DNA from: the human T2T-CHM13v2.0 reference genome, Homo sapiens
Strand: one strand, 5' to 3'
Assembly (NCBI RefSeq): GCF_009914755.1
Contig: NC_060947.1
Length of the DNA: 64,000 nt
Part shown: positions 26,440 through 44,933 of the stretch, one piece after another
How the letters are laid out: every line of letters starts with the position of its first letter
Numbering within the stretch: the stretch's first letter is position 1
Translations under genes and position numbers: made by a program
The notes under the pieces: generated by a model
Database searches by the model: none
The model's input: the letters and a program-made list of their open reading frames with translations, nothing else
What the model was told of the DNA's origin: nothing

Positions 26440-28435
26440 AGAGGTGTTTTAAATTATCCAAAGACTGGGCCAATTCTCCGTATTATCAGTCTAGATGATT
26501 GGAAATGGCATTCAAAATATGTACTTTTGCAAATGCCGGGTGAAGCTTTCAAAGCTTATTTATTTCAAAGTTTATTTATTTTAAAAGGTACCACCACACC
26601 CTAAAGGCCAAGATGCTAACTTTGAGGGAAGATCATAATACACAGCAAAGCATGAAACTGATCTTCGGTTTTACAGCTATTATTATTTTACTTGCCGTTT
26701 TTCTACTGTGTCACATGATTCTAAACAATTCTGAAATTGGAAGTCAAGCTCATCTAGCAGTGAATGATGGCATCTCTACTTGTTTATAAATTCAGACAGT
26801 AAGTGAAGTTGAAGCACAAATCAAAACTGCATTCCATTGCACGTAGAATTAGTGGTATATGTTGGACACCCAAAATGATGTATGAGGAACCGATTGCATC
26901 TAGCTAGAACTTAAATTTAAATCTCCTTTGTTCATAGAGGTGAGCTGGAGGGAAGCCACATTTCAGCCAAGACATTATCTTTCAGTGGTTTGTCCTTTCT
27001 CCTCTTGCTGTAAAGTAGATTCTAAGCGCAGGAAAGGGTTAATCAAATTTGTGGCAACAAATTATTTGGGGCTGACTAACTTTAAATTAGAAATTCCTAT
27101 TAAAAAGTTCACTGTAGCTATTAAAGAAAGTCATTATTGTAAACATAACTTTGCTTCATAAGAAGTAATAAAATACTTGGCAGTTCCAGGCTCAGTTTAT
27201 TCATGTATCCAAATCTTTTCAAATTCTCATACATTTTTGTAACTCTATTTCATGTCTTTATATTTAACTTATTCCAGACGGACTTTGTCAGAAAATCCCA
27301 TATAAGATCAAGAATCTGAGCTCATGACATTAATATACTCATAAGATGAAAATACAACTTCATGATCTCCCTTCCTCCTCACCTGCTTTCATCTGCACAA
27401 AAATGGGAAGCAATATAGCATCCACAACAAGAGAAATGATGTCATTCTATTTATTGAAGAAGCACTGTTGACTGACTGAATAACCTGCACTGATAATATG
27501 CTAATAAAATAGGCTTGGATGGTGTAAAATAGAATTGGCTATAAACTGGTCCCTGACAGAAAGAAAACTGGTATGTAAGACTTATATCTATTGGAGACTT
27601 TTTCATTTAATGAGTAATTCATTGTAATTAAAATGAAAATGAAATAGCTTTTACTAGTGGCTCCTAAGAGAGTTTATCAAGGCAACAGGGTTCCTAGTTT
27701 TAGATCAAGGAAATTTTATATCTAGTTAGTTCCTATTCAAATAGAGTATCTTCTCTTTCCAAGAAGAAAATACAACTTTTATTTCTTGTCTTTATCTTCC
27801 TTGTCTTTTTAATTTCATTTACTTCTTTCTTTTTCTTTTTTTTTTTTAGCAGACAGTTTGTTTTGGGTTACGGATGTCACTGAATTATCTATGGACTCAC
27901 TGAGTGGATAATTTGAATTTTATTTTTCATCTGCATAGAAGACTGGAGGATTGTAAGAGCGCTGCAATACGGGCATTTTTGGAATCCTAATTACAGTTTT
28001 TAGCTTGGGTTGTTAAAACTTCCAAGTTTCTCTTACTCTGGATTCAGACTGTCACATGGATTTCCTGTGGTTTTAGGTTTTCTCTGCAAATGCAGGCAAA
28101 ATTTTTTGGATTTGAAATGTCCTTCAGTTTCCCAAATTTAACTCTTTACCTTTTGTCCTTAGAGAAGATCTGAGAGATGATGATAATTGAATATACTTCC
28201 TTTCCCAACTCTACCCGAAAACATAAATCCATTATGGGGGCAATTCAACATCTATTAGATGAGACTGTAGGCAATGGCACAACCCTAGCAGGGTGGGCAG
28301 GAATGTGTGATGGTGAAGTGTTTTGTAACACAAGTGTCTGGCTCTTTCAGCATTTAATTGAGCTGAGCTCTACATTCTTAATAATATGTATTGGGCTCTG
28401 GGTGACTGTGCAAATCTGGAAATCATGGCTTTAGC

Positions 28436-28650
28436 CAGATTTTCTCAAGTTCAGCCCTGTTTGCATTTGGGCTGATCATTTTCTGTTCTGGGGGCTGGCC
28501 TGCGTATTGTAGCATTAGTAGCTTCCCTGGCCTTTACCCACTAAATGCCTATAGCACTTCTGTCCCCAGTTGGTATAGCCCAAAATGTCTCCAGACATTG
28601 CAGAAAGTCCCCTGGGGAGGGGGATAAAATTATTCCACTACAGAACTCCT
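28436..28650. mobile_element. MER20 (hAT-Charlie)
   Basis: CCCTGGCCTTTACCCACTAAATGCC...CAAAATGTCTCCAGACATTGC...CCCCTGGGG. Confidence 0.8.
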
Positions 28651-28924
28651 GTTTTTGGGTGAAAGACCATTCAGTAGACAAATTTGTTTTGTGCCAGAGT
28701 GGCACATCTAACATAATTGACACCTGGAAAAGATGTTTGACTCTCCCTCTTGTATAGGTAAAAATCATTTTCAGTGATAATGAAGTGAAATTAATATCCA
28801 AGAGAGTGAGAAGTTTGTTATTATTGAGAGTCTTTAATTTTTTTATATGTAATCATGCCAGTAAAATATAAGAAAATTAAACGTGAAATAAATTTTATAA
28901 TACAAAACAAATAAAGTAATAGAT

Positions 28925-29010
28925 TATTTCACACTGCTTGCTTCTATCAAAACATCTTATGTACCCCATAAACATATCACCTACTATGTACCCACAAAAT
29001 TAAAAAGAAA
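28925..29010 (+). mobile_element. Very short 5'-truncated L1MA-type 3' end
   Basis: ATCAAAACATCTTATGTACCCCATAAA...CCTACTATGTACCCACAAAATTAAAAA, flanked by the 12-bp TSD AAAGTAATAGAT (28913-28924, 29011-29022). Confidence 0.85.
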
Positions 29011-29721
29011 AAAGTAATAGATATAATAAATTAATACCTTTTAGTTATACTAATGTATTTTTAAGGGAAAATCTTATACCTATATATAATAATAAATAAT
29101 TAAATAATGTCACAGTTTAATAACAAAAAACAACTTGATAAGAAGAGTAAAAATTAGAAGACTAAGTTTCAATTTTAACTATACTATTCAAATTCAGTAA
29201 TATAGTTCATCTATTAACTAAAATTTTCACTAACCAAACCAGGATACTAAACCTAGTCTGCCAAAACACCAAATCAAAACACCTAAGGAACAATACATTA
29301 CAGTTTGTCCTCTGCTTCATTCATTCATTCTTTTAAAAATATGCAAGTAGTCACATAGAATGATGATATTGAAGCAAGTCAGGTTCAGGTCCTTTGCTGC
29401 TAAAATGTCTTATCATTGTCTACTTTGAATCTAATATTTAAATGCAGGAATATGCAGAAACACAAGGGTTGCAGATGTGAACTCTACATAGGGTGAGTTC
29501 AAACGAGTCTGAAATGTTAGCAACTTCCTTTGGAAATAAATGCATGTAGAAGGATCTGCGTGTGACAGAAGCCAAGTATATAACTGAGAGTTCTTTAACT
29601 TCCATGTCAAATGTAATGTCCATTATGTGGTAAGCAATATGAATAAGTATCATTATTAAAATTAATAAAAATATATTATTAAATCTTAATAGTAATAATT
29701 GCAATTGTTTTGAACTTAGAC

Positions 29722-29932
29722 TAGTGGTTCTCATCCAGGGGCAATTTTGCTCTGCGGGGGACATTTAGTCATGTTTAGAGACATTGTCGGTTGTCACGAC
29801 TGGGAAGGGGTGCTACTGGCATCTAATGGGTAGTGGCCATGAATACTGGTAAGCATTCTGCAATGCACAGGACAACACAACAAAGAATGATCCAGTGCAA
29901 AATGTCAGTGGTGTCGACATTGAGAAACTCTG
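29722..29932. mobile_element. MER20, full length, opposite orientation to the 28.4-kb copy
   Basis: TIRs TAGTGGTTCTCA and TGAGAAACTCTG; perfect 8-bp TSD ACTTAGAC (29714-29721, 29933-29940). Confidence 0.9.
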
Positions 29933-30859
29933 ACTTAGACTGACCAATGATTCCCACCCCCCTCCAGAGGAGTATTTTATCCTTGACTTAGTTTCCAATG
30001 CAGGTGCATGGTGATAATAAAAAGCAGATTTATTTTTAGTTTGTTTTATTATTGTTTGTAAATTTTCTACAGACAATGCATCCCCTTATCTTCTAGGCTT
30101 GGAACAGACCACTCTAATTTCCCTTCCCTGAGGAAGATGCCAAATGTAACAAATATCAAAGCAAAGAGATATGTATGTGGTATTCATAGTCCTCACTAAA
30201 GTGTTCAATGTCATTAACAGAACTGGGCTTTTGAAGTGCCTGAGAAAAATTGGCAGCTCTGACAATTTTCCCAATATGCTGTGGTTAATCTGTGATGACA
30301 TGAGTCATGTTTTAGAGCTATGGGCTTTGGCTGGTCCCAAATGGTAAGAAGGACTTACATTTAGGAATTAATCTTGCTTTGAGATCTAGGAAGACAGAAG
30401 ATGAGTGGCAGTATTGGTAAGAAACATTCACACTAATTGGTTATATGAAGTCCAGAGAGCACATATAAATCAGGAAATAGAAAGATCGAAAATAAAAGCA
30501 GTCGGTTAGACAAAAGGGGGCAGATATGAATTTCACCAATTGGTTTTCTTATTGTCCTGCTTTTGTTTTGTTTTGTATTAAATGACTGCAAAATATTTTG
30601 CCCCAGGGTGAGGTTAGGATGGTAAATCAAAGCCAGATGGATGATCTATCTAATAAATTCTTAAGTAATGAAACAGAATTCATTCTCTGCCAATGGCACA
30701 CTCATTCCTGTCTCTGTGTCTTTATTTATTCTCTTTCCCTTTCTTTGAAGACCCAGCTCACCTCTCCACCAGAGAAAGAAGCAAATTTGATATTTCCCTC
30801 AAAGCCTTGTTTGAATTAGACTTTTGCAGTTTTTCTTGTATGTCCTTGTTTTTTAATTT

Positions 30860-31627
<768 letters not shown>

Positions 31628-32264
31628 TCACTTTCTTTCCAAAGTCTTCCTTAACCATTTTACTTCATGTTATTCTTTCTCAACTCTGAATTTCCATAGG
31701 ATTTATAAGTTTTAGTATGTACTCTAGCACTTGATTATATACTGTTTTATTGTTACCTACTCACTAAATTTATCTGAATCCAGTCTTTCCCATTATACTT
31801 TAATAGTAGAAATATGTTCATGGTTTATGAATCAGTTTTACATTCAAAATTTCATTTAACTTATAAACTCATAGAGAAAAGATAATTTGTCTTACATTTC
31901 TTTTGTATTTTTCACAGTACTCAGCAAAGGGTGGTCACATAATGAGTACTTAATAAAGAGCAGGTTTAGTCAAACTTCCATTCACAGCTATGCTTCCGAT
32001 TCCTGAGCATCTGAAAAACTTCTAATTCAATAAGCTATAAGTAACAAACTCCTAAAGATAGTAATTTTGAAGTTTACAAAAGTAAAGAAACGTAATTCAT
32101 CTTGAGCCAATTTACAGAAATAGGGCTAGGCCAGTTCGCTAGCGTGAGCTTTGTGAAGCCAGGAACTTTGTCACATTTACCTTTGCACACACTACCATCT
32201 AACACAGTATCAAGCGAATACTAGATGTTCAATACAAGATTAATAAATAGTAAAATGACTGCAT

Positions 32265-32450
32265 TGCTTATAACATGCTTTCTGCAGTGACAGAAATTTT
32301 TCATATTATAATTTGTACTGTCCAGTATGGTAGTCACATGTGGCTGTTAGGCACTTGAAATGTTGCTAGACTAACTGAATGCTTATTTTTATTTAACTAT
32401 TATTAATTTACATTTAAATAGCCAAATTGGCTAGTGGCTACTCTGCTGTG
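32265..32450. mobile_element. MER3-like hAT DNA transposon
   Basis: CTGTCCAGTATGGTAGTCACATGTGGCTGTTAGGCACTTGAAATG...GGCTAGTGGCTACT. Confidence 0.7.
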
Positions 32451-33165
32451 TAGTTTGGGTTTGTAAGCATAAATAAGCAGCTTATACTACACAATACAAG
32501 GATGTCATTGGAAATACACAATTTAAATGCCATCACAGATTTTTTTGAAACAACCCCAATTTATAATGATAGTGAAAGCAATAGACATGTCTTCTTCTCT
32601 TATGGTCTAGTTCAAGTATCACCTCCTTTGGGAAACCTGTCTTGACTCTGATCCCCACTCCACTTTTACCCCATCTAGATCAGAATTAATAAATGAATTA
32701 TTCTTTCCAACGATGCTATGCTATATTCTAACCAGTTTTACTTATGTCTAATTAGTAAGCTAGATTTGTTGATTTTTGAGGGCAGGGACTATGTCTTATT
32801 CTTCTTTATTCATTCAAAAGTACTTATTAAGTTCTTACTATGTCAGAACTTACAGTGTAATTTTCTGTTGGTTAAGCCACTCAGTCTGTAGTATTTTGTT
32901 ATGGCAGCCTGTAGACTATTACACTACGACTGGGGTATATTAGAGTCTTTTGGAGGCATAAAGCAGGGAAACTCAACAGGACGTTACACAACCCACATTG
33001 TGAACCCTGGAGAGCTGCTACTCTAAAGTCATCTTTATGCTGAGACTTGAAGATGACTAGGAGTTAGGCTAATGAAGGAGAATTGAGTAACCAAGGAACA
33101 AGCATATCTCAAGTGAGTTACACCACGTGGAGATTTTGAGGAAGTAAAATAATTTAGTATGTCTG

Positions 33166-33639
<474 letters not shown>

Positions 33640-36600
33640 TTAAAGCTTTGCTTTGGATAGCTCACTTTGATTGCAGAATGGAGACAAGGTTGGAGGAAAG
33701 CCATTCTGAAGGCAGAGAAACCACGGAGAAGGCTGTTGCGGTTGTCTAGATGAAAGATGACAGTGGCTCGGATGAGAGTTCTCATATCTCTAAGGCCTAC
33801 TACAGTACCCAGCACATAACAGGTGCTCAACAAATATTTGAGGTGAAACAATTTGAGCGGAAATCTGAAGGCCAATATATTCTTCATTTGGATGACAAAA
33901 GTAAAAGCAGGGCTACAAAAAAGAAACAGCATCTTTCAAGATTTACATGATGCCAACAGCTATATCAAGATTACATTTCAGATGGGTAAAATGAAGAAGG
34001 ATTTTGAATCTCACAGTAATAATTTTGGTCACATCCAAATAAAAAGAAAACAATTTATGCAAATAACATTATCTTAGAAAATGAAGAGTAAGATTAGCAG
34101 GGCAATGATAAACAAGAAAGGAGGATGTAATATCTGAACACTCTATTTTTGGTCTAAAGAAGACTTCCATGTTAATTGAAACCAAATAAAATTCAGATTT
34201 ATAGTTCATATTTTAAGAGTTGGAAGTGTAGCTTTTCTCAAAACTAGGAATTTAGAGGATTAGCCTTGAAAATTTGTTGATTTCCATTCTTCCTTTAAAA
34301 AATAAGCTCAGATGATAATAGTAAGAGAATTTCAGTTGATAAAAACCGTATCAGGAAAAATCGAAACCTGTGAGACGATTGAAATTACCTGCTAAAAGAA
34401 AAAAAAGTTTAGAAAACTTTAAGAACTTGGGTTTTTGCCAAATTTTAAGGGGTAGCTTAGGTTTTATCTTGTCCAGAGATAAAGAGGTTGACCAAGTGCC
34501 TTCTTAAGCTACCTTTTATCTTCATTTAGTTTGTCTTCTTACCCTCTTGAGTGCTCCCTACCCTTTTAATAGGCCACCTTTTTTAAATGTCCATTTCTGC
34601 CAGTCATCTGTCTCTACCTTCTAAAGTCTCTCTTTTGACTTTTAAACTTTTTTAAAAAACCGAATGTCTAAAATATTGCTCCAGCCCCAAGCTGTTACCC
34701 TACTATTGGTCAAAAAATTCTGCAAATTTCAGCTCTCCCAGGAATTCATCACAACCTAAGTTTCATGTATTTCACTTTCCGACTTATTTTTTTCTTTCTA
34801 TTTTTCTATAAGTCCCTAATACCTTAATATTTGTATCATTCTGTTTTAGATTAAATATCTCTATGGAGCAGAAGCTATATAAATTTGTTTCACCTTGGGT
34901 TGAGCCTGATAAACATTCTTATCAAGGCAACAGATGAGTGATGTATATAATGTGTGTGGGTGTGTGTATGTAATTTTAAAAGCTTGAAAATATTCATCTT
35001 TCCTGTCAGGTGGAGATCCAGATTCACACTTCTACAATTAACAGTCATGTGCCAAAGATCCTCAAGCATACCTTTTAATTTTAGGATGACTTCAGGGAAT
35101 ATCAAGATTGGCTTGAACTATTATTGTAATCATTAACAAATAGCATGATTTAATGTAACCAACATTCTGAGACCTAAATGGAAAAAAACAAACAAACAAA
35201 AAAAACCGAAACAACCCTCAGCCATTACATATCTACTTTCAGTTCAAATTAGTATACATTCCATTTTCATTACAACAGAGAAAAGTGGAAAGTATGGTCT
35301 TCTCTTAGCCACAAATCAATATATAAACCGTGATCAATGGATGTGAAGCTCCTCTGGAAATTTGAAATATTTTTATGCATTTTGGCAGACTCTATAGCAG
35401 GAAGCAATCCATTAGGCTTTGAAAAGAGGAAAGCCAATAAAGATAGGCTAGATGTCAAATTCTTACACACCTCATATTTCTGACATGAGAACTATTCTTT
35501 CTGTCTGTTACATCCAATGATCAAAATGTGGATAATCTAGTCAGAATTATATCTGAACTATCAATCAAACAATTTATCTATCCATCCTCATTTTACCTCT
35601 TCCATGCATTTTCCACGGGAACACTGAAAAGTATCTTTACCTCAGTTTTCTACTGCCCGAAAAATGGAAATGTGAATATTGATCCAGAAATGCTACAATG
35701 ATCAATCATTTGAAATCTGAAACTAGAAAAAGCTCAAATACCACAGAGCCATTTCTCTAACTTCTGTCCTCCTTCAAAAAGCAGAAGCTGAATGTGCAAC
35801 TAAACTTTGCTTGATGGGTAAAGCAGCTTCTTTTCATATGGTAGACTCAACTCTCTAAAATCTTGCTTTCCACATAGGAAGGCTTCAGTATGAGGCTGTG
35901 ATTAGTCACAGGTTGTAGCTGTCACACTTTATCATATTATAGCCAAATGAGATATCATAGCATAACATGAGTTACTGACAAATTTTTAAGTCTATTCCTG
36001 ACCTATGACCAAGATTTATGGCTAGCATGACTGCAAATCACAAGGTGACTTGTTCACTCAGAAACTCGTACTGAAATATTATTAAGCCATAGCCGGTCTG
36101 GGAAACAAAAAGCCTTGTAATTATCTACTCGCCAAGGATCAGTAACAGTTTGTGCCAAGTGAGACAAACAGCAAACTCATGGAAAAGTGTTTGCCTTTCT
36201 CATTAAGGCTATCTTGTCATATATAGTGTCTGAAAGAAAAGATTAAGACCTTTGATAGTTTACCAGCCCTAAAAATGCTGTGCAGAGGCTTTGCTGTTAG
36301 GCACGTGATATAGATCTCTAGAGGCTCGGAAATACTGTGTTCCCTTTGGAAGATTTTCCTCTTTGAACTCGTTGTGCTACTAAGTTCATCCTAAGAAATC
36401 AATCTTAAGGGAATTCAAACTTGTTACTCATGAAGGGAAAGGTTTGTCAAAATCTGTTACTTTGATTGTTAAGTTATTGCTCTGGCTAAGAGTGATTCTT
36501 AAAAAGAGTGCTGGAGGATAGAGATGGATGAATAAGGCCTGGTGAGTTCAAATGTGATGGACTCTTTCAGTGGAGAGGGAGACACGTGCTCCTGCATAGA

Positions 36601-39600
36601 ATCCTGCTAGGAGAAGAACTCAGAAAGTTAGGAAGAGGTTATGAAAGATTTGTGCCTGGAGAAATTGAGTCATTTGTTCCACTGGGAATGTGGAGGGAAA
36701 GAACAGATGATATTAAACCTCAACATTCAAAAGAATTATTTGAGTTCTACATTATCCTGTAATTATTACAGCTCTACAGGTCTCTACTTGTTCTGCAGTA
36801 TCCTACATTTTTGTTGAATGGTTTAGCACATCTGCAGTTAGAAAATGTGTAAAAAGGACTCAATGAATTTAATAATCCATAGTTGGCTTGACTGCCTTAG
36901 AAGAGGATTCTAAAAATATATAAATTATTTCAGGGTCACTTAAACTGCTAGCAAAGACTGTAGCTATTGGTTAGTGTAATGAAGGTTGAAGCCAGCCTCC
37001 AAATGATACCCCATACCCCACCTAGAAAAAAAAATGAAAATGAAAGTTTGCAGCTTCTGCAACATACATTTATTCATAAAGTGCTCAGAGAGCAGAATAT
37101 CCAGAAATTGTGGGCAGTTACACTCTGGTGAGCAAAACTCAGTGAAAAATTATTTTCTTGGGCTATAGGATTCCCCCTTTGTACTATTTTAACCTGAGTG
37201 TGGATGCCCCCATCCCCAAACTTCTGAAGTCAATGTGAACAGGTGCTGCACACACAGGTTCTCAAATCAGTAAGTATCTTTTGTGCTACGGAGTGGGTAG
37301 GAGTGGGTAGGCTATTCAAAAGAAGAATGGGAAATTCAACCTTGAAGGTTCATGTGGAAGAAACCTAGGCACTAATTAGAACCACTCAGAAAAAAAAGTG
37401 CATAGAATTCCTGTGTTGTAGCTTTGTTGGTCAGATTGTTTTTCAGTCCAAACCTCAGTGTACTGTAGAAAATCACCACAGGTACAAACCCATTCAGCGT
37501 TCTACTTTTGGAATCCAGAATTGTCATTTTGAATTTAACATTACAATTTAATCTATTTATGCGTTCCACATTATATGGAAATGAAAGACCTGGTCTGCTC
37601 GATTTGCACCGGGCTGCCTGTATGACATGTTGATGTGGCAGGGACTCAGAGATCTGTAACTCACTCTTCCCAGGACTGTCTTAATGAATTAGGAAGAGTC
37701 AGTCTTTTTGGTCCTGTTTGAGTTTATAGCGCAAATCTCAATATAGCCATAGGAAAAAAAGATGCATTTGATTGAACAAAGAGTGCATAAGGGCCCTTAA
37801 TGCTTTGTATGCTTTTTAGAAATATAACAGAGTTTTCAGAAATTTCCTTTCTTCCTCCACCCTTGAAAAGCACTCTTTTCTTTCTTGGAAATAAATTTTA
37901 TTTGAATAAGGGCCATAATGAGGTGAATATTATAAAGGTAGCAAGCTTATTATATTGGAATGACTGCTCTACTCTTCCTCTTCAAGAAAACAAAGATTTC
38001 AAACTACCTCTAATGCAACCTCTAGTTAGCTCTGCTGTCACTGACAGAATAAAAAATGAACTTCCATTGCCCAACCATTGCCCAACCAGCTTTCTGTTGC
38101 TGAAGTCAGATTTTTATTGTATTGGGATCATTTAAAATTAGCAGGAGATATTTGACATAACCAAATTTGACCAGTTTTTTTTTTCTCTTCCAAACCCTGT
38201 GGAAATATGTTTGTTAAAGACGGCATCACTAGGTTTAACTTGAAAATGTTTTATTTTTTTATTTCTATTATACACATTGTTTTAGTGGTTTAAGTTCAAG
38301 AGCAAAATTGCAGTGCTCTCCCTTTTTCCTTACCTTGCAGAGATATTTAATTTCTCTAACTATGGTCCCATTTTTCATTTAGGTCTCTTAAGGCTGCCTG
38401 GTTTTTTAATGTAATGGTCATCTTCATATCTTAATAAAACAAAAATTGAATTATATGCACTACTGGGCAAGCATGACATGACTTTTGCTAGCATATGTAA
38501 GGTGTGAAAACCTGGGGGAAAATACTATTCAATTTAAGTTCCACTTGAGCACACGGCAGTGCACTGGAAATGAGTTCAGCCTTAATGGCACTGAAAAAGG
38601 TGGAAGCAGGGAAAGGTGGAGATCACCGATTTGAACCTAATTAAAAAGACCTGATAAAAATGCTAGAAAGCCAGATGGTAAAGTCAATTTCTTAGTACTG
38701 TGCCAGTCCAGGGTTGGAATATGTTTAGCAGTTGACATTCTGCAAGGGTAGACTGATAATATCAGCAGGGAAATCAAAAGGATTTTGCTAACACTATTAG
38801 ACTTTACTTTTAAAACTCATGCTTCTGTATCTAAGTGGAAACAAAAAATATAAATTCTCTATTTTAATCAAGTTCTAAAGCTCTATGAGAGCTTCAAGCA
38901 TTTGATTGCTATTCAATATCTCCAACACGAATTTGAAAACTAAATACTAACACCGTCATAATAGCAAATAGTGGAGTGGAAATTCAGCACACTAGGATGG
39001 TTATCATCCCTTAAGAGAATTGTTCCTCTTTAATTTTAAAAGTTAAACAACTGATTATTCCAAAACAACACTTGAAGTAAAGCACTTAAAGAAATAGTGT
39101 CCACATTTAGGCAACTTTTGGTTACTCAAAATATAAACATTTAGAAATTGGAAATTTCATTTGATCATACAATAATAGGTGGGCCTTTCTTGAATATTTT
39201 CACTGCCATGACCATAGAAAACATCTCTACATGGAGCAAATAAAAAAAAAAGTAGATCAGAAATTTTTCTTTCTTCATCCAGATAACTTTCCGTTGTCAA
39301 TGTAGGATTGCAATGAAGGATGAGTAGACATTCTCAAATGATGCATATTTATCCATATATATTGAGTGCTATTAAAAGTTAATTGAAATTAGAAACTGAG
39401 TGGGCTATATTTTGAAATATTTTATTATTTTAAAAGAAAACAATGGAGGAGGGTTTAAAAAGTATCAGGGGTCTATCCAGGGACAAAAAGAAGGAGAAAT
39501 AGAGGGGAAAAGGGCCAGGATAATTCAAGACTCTCATTGGTGCCAAACTTTGCCATTAGAAATTAACTTTTGGAGCATTGATTCACAGCCTTGATGTTCT

Positions 39601-40389
39601 TCTTCTGTCCATTTGTTCCTCTGTGATGTAACTGAATAATTTATAGGTAACCAAGTCTTCCACCAGTGTCAGGAAAGAGCAAATAGACCTGCTTTTTTCC
39701 AGCCAACAACGAACAGTAATGTTTGGATTTATAGTTCTCCTTTTCCAAAGTGCTCAGGAGGAAGATATCTTGCCACCCAATTCATCTCAAATAGTGGAGC
39801 ACCTTTAACAAGAAGTTTAGGTGGCGTCAGGGACAGAGCTAATGAGGTTTGTTAAGTCTCAGTTTTTATAAAGTACGATGTCAGCTTTCTGCCTCACAAT
39901 AGGATTTGCTCAGTACTACAATCCCTGATATCTTTCATAAATTCTCCCCAAGGGAGTGTGTTTCATGGACTACTGTCAAGTATATATTTGCCACTCTACC
40001 TATATGAACCACAAAACAAACAACCTATCTAAGCTATTCTACACCTGAGGCATACAAATGGCAGAGTAAAATACTTGTCAAAATCTTCTTCATTACTGCA
40101 GGGGAAAAGGGGAGCTTTGCTATTTATGTAAGCAGTCACCATCGTGGCTAAAACATTGTTTCCTCACCCCATTTGTTTCCCCAGTAGGTATATTTGTCTC
40201 TCAGTTGTCTAGCTCTTCTTTCTGTGCATTCCTGGATTATATTCAATAACGTTTGGGCTTTTTTATTTGAATTTGCATATTTGCCATCATTTATTTACAC
40301 TAAAAGTATTTCTCTAAATAATAATAGAATCTTGACTGAATAAATTTTTATACATACAAAGGATAAATATTATGTAGCAAGTATCCTGT

Positions 40390-44450
<4,061 letters not shown>

Positions 44451-44508
44451 TTATTTCTAATTTTTGTGGGTACATAGTAGTTGTATATATTTATGAGGTA
44501 CATGAGAT

Positions 44509-44888
44509 TTAAAATTTTTTTTTTATTTCCATAGGTTTTTGGGGAAAAGGTGGTGTTTGTTTACATGAGTAACTTCTTTAATGGTGATTTGTGAGATTTT
44601 GGTGTACCCACCCATCACCCGAGCAGTGTACACTGTACCCAATTTTCAATCTTTTATCTCTCACCTCACTCCCACCCTTTTCCCCAAGTCCCCAAAGTTT
44701 ATAGTATCATTCTTATGCCTTTGCATCCTCATAGCTTAGCTCTCCCACTTATGAGTGAGCACATGTGATGTTTGGTTTTTCATTCCTGAGTTACTTTACT
44801 TAGAATAATGATCTCCAATTCCATCCAGGTTGCTGTGAATGCCATTATTTCATTCCTTTTTATGGCTGAATAGTATTCCATGGTGTGT

Positions 44889-44933
<45 letters not shown>

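Noticed and set aside
37290-38090. Short tandem duplications (GGAGTGGGTA x2; CCATTGCCCAA x2)
   Set aside because: Ordinary slippage events.
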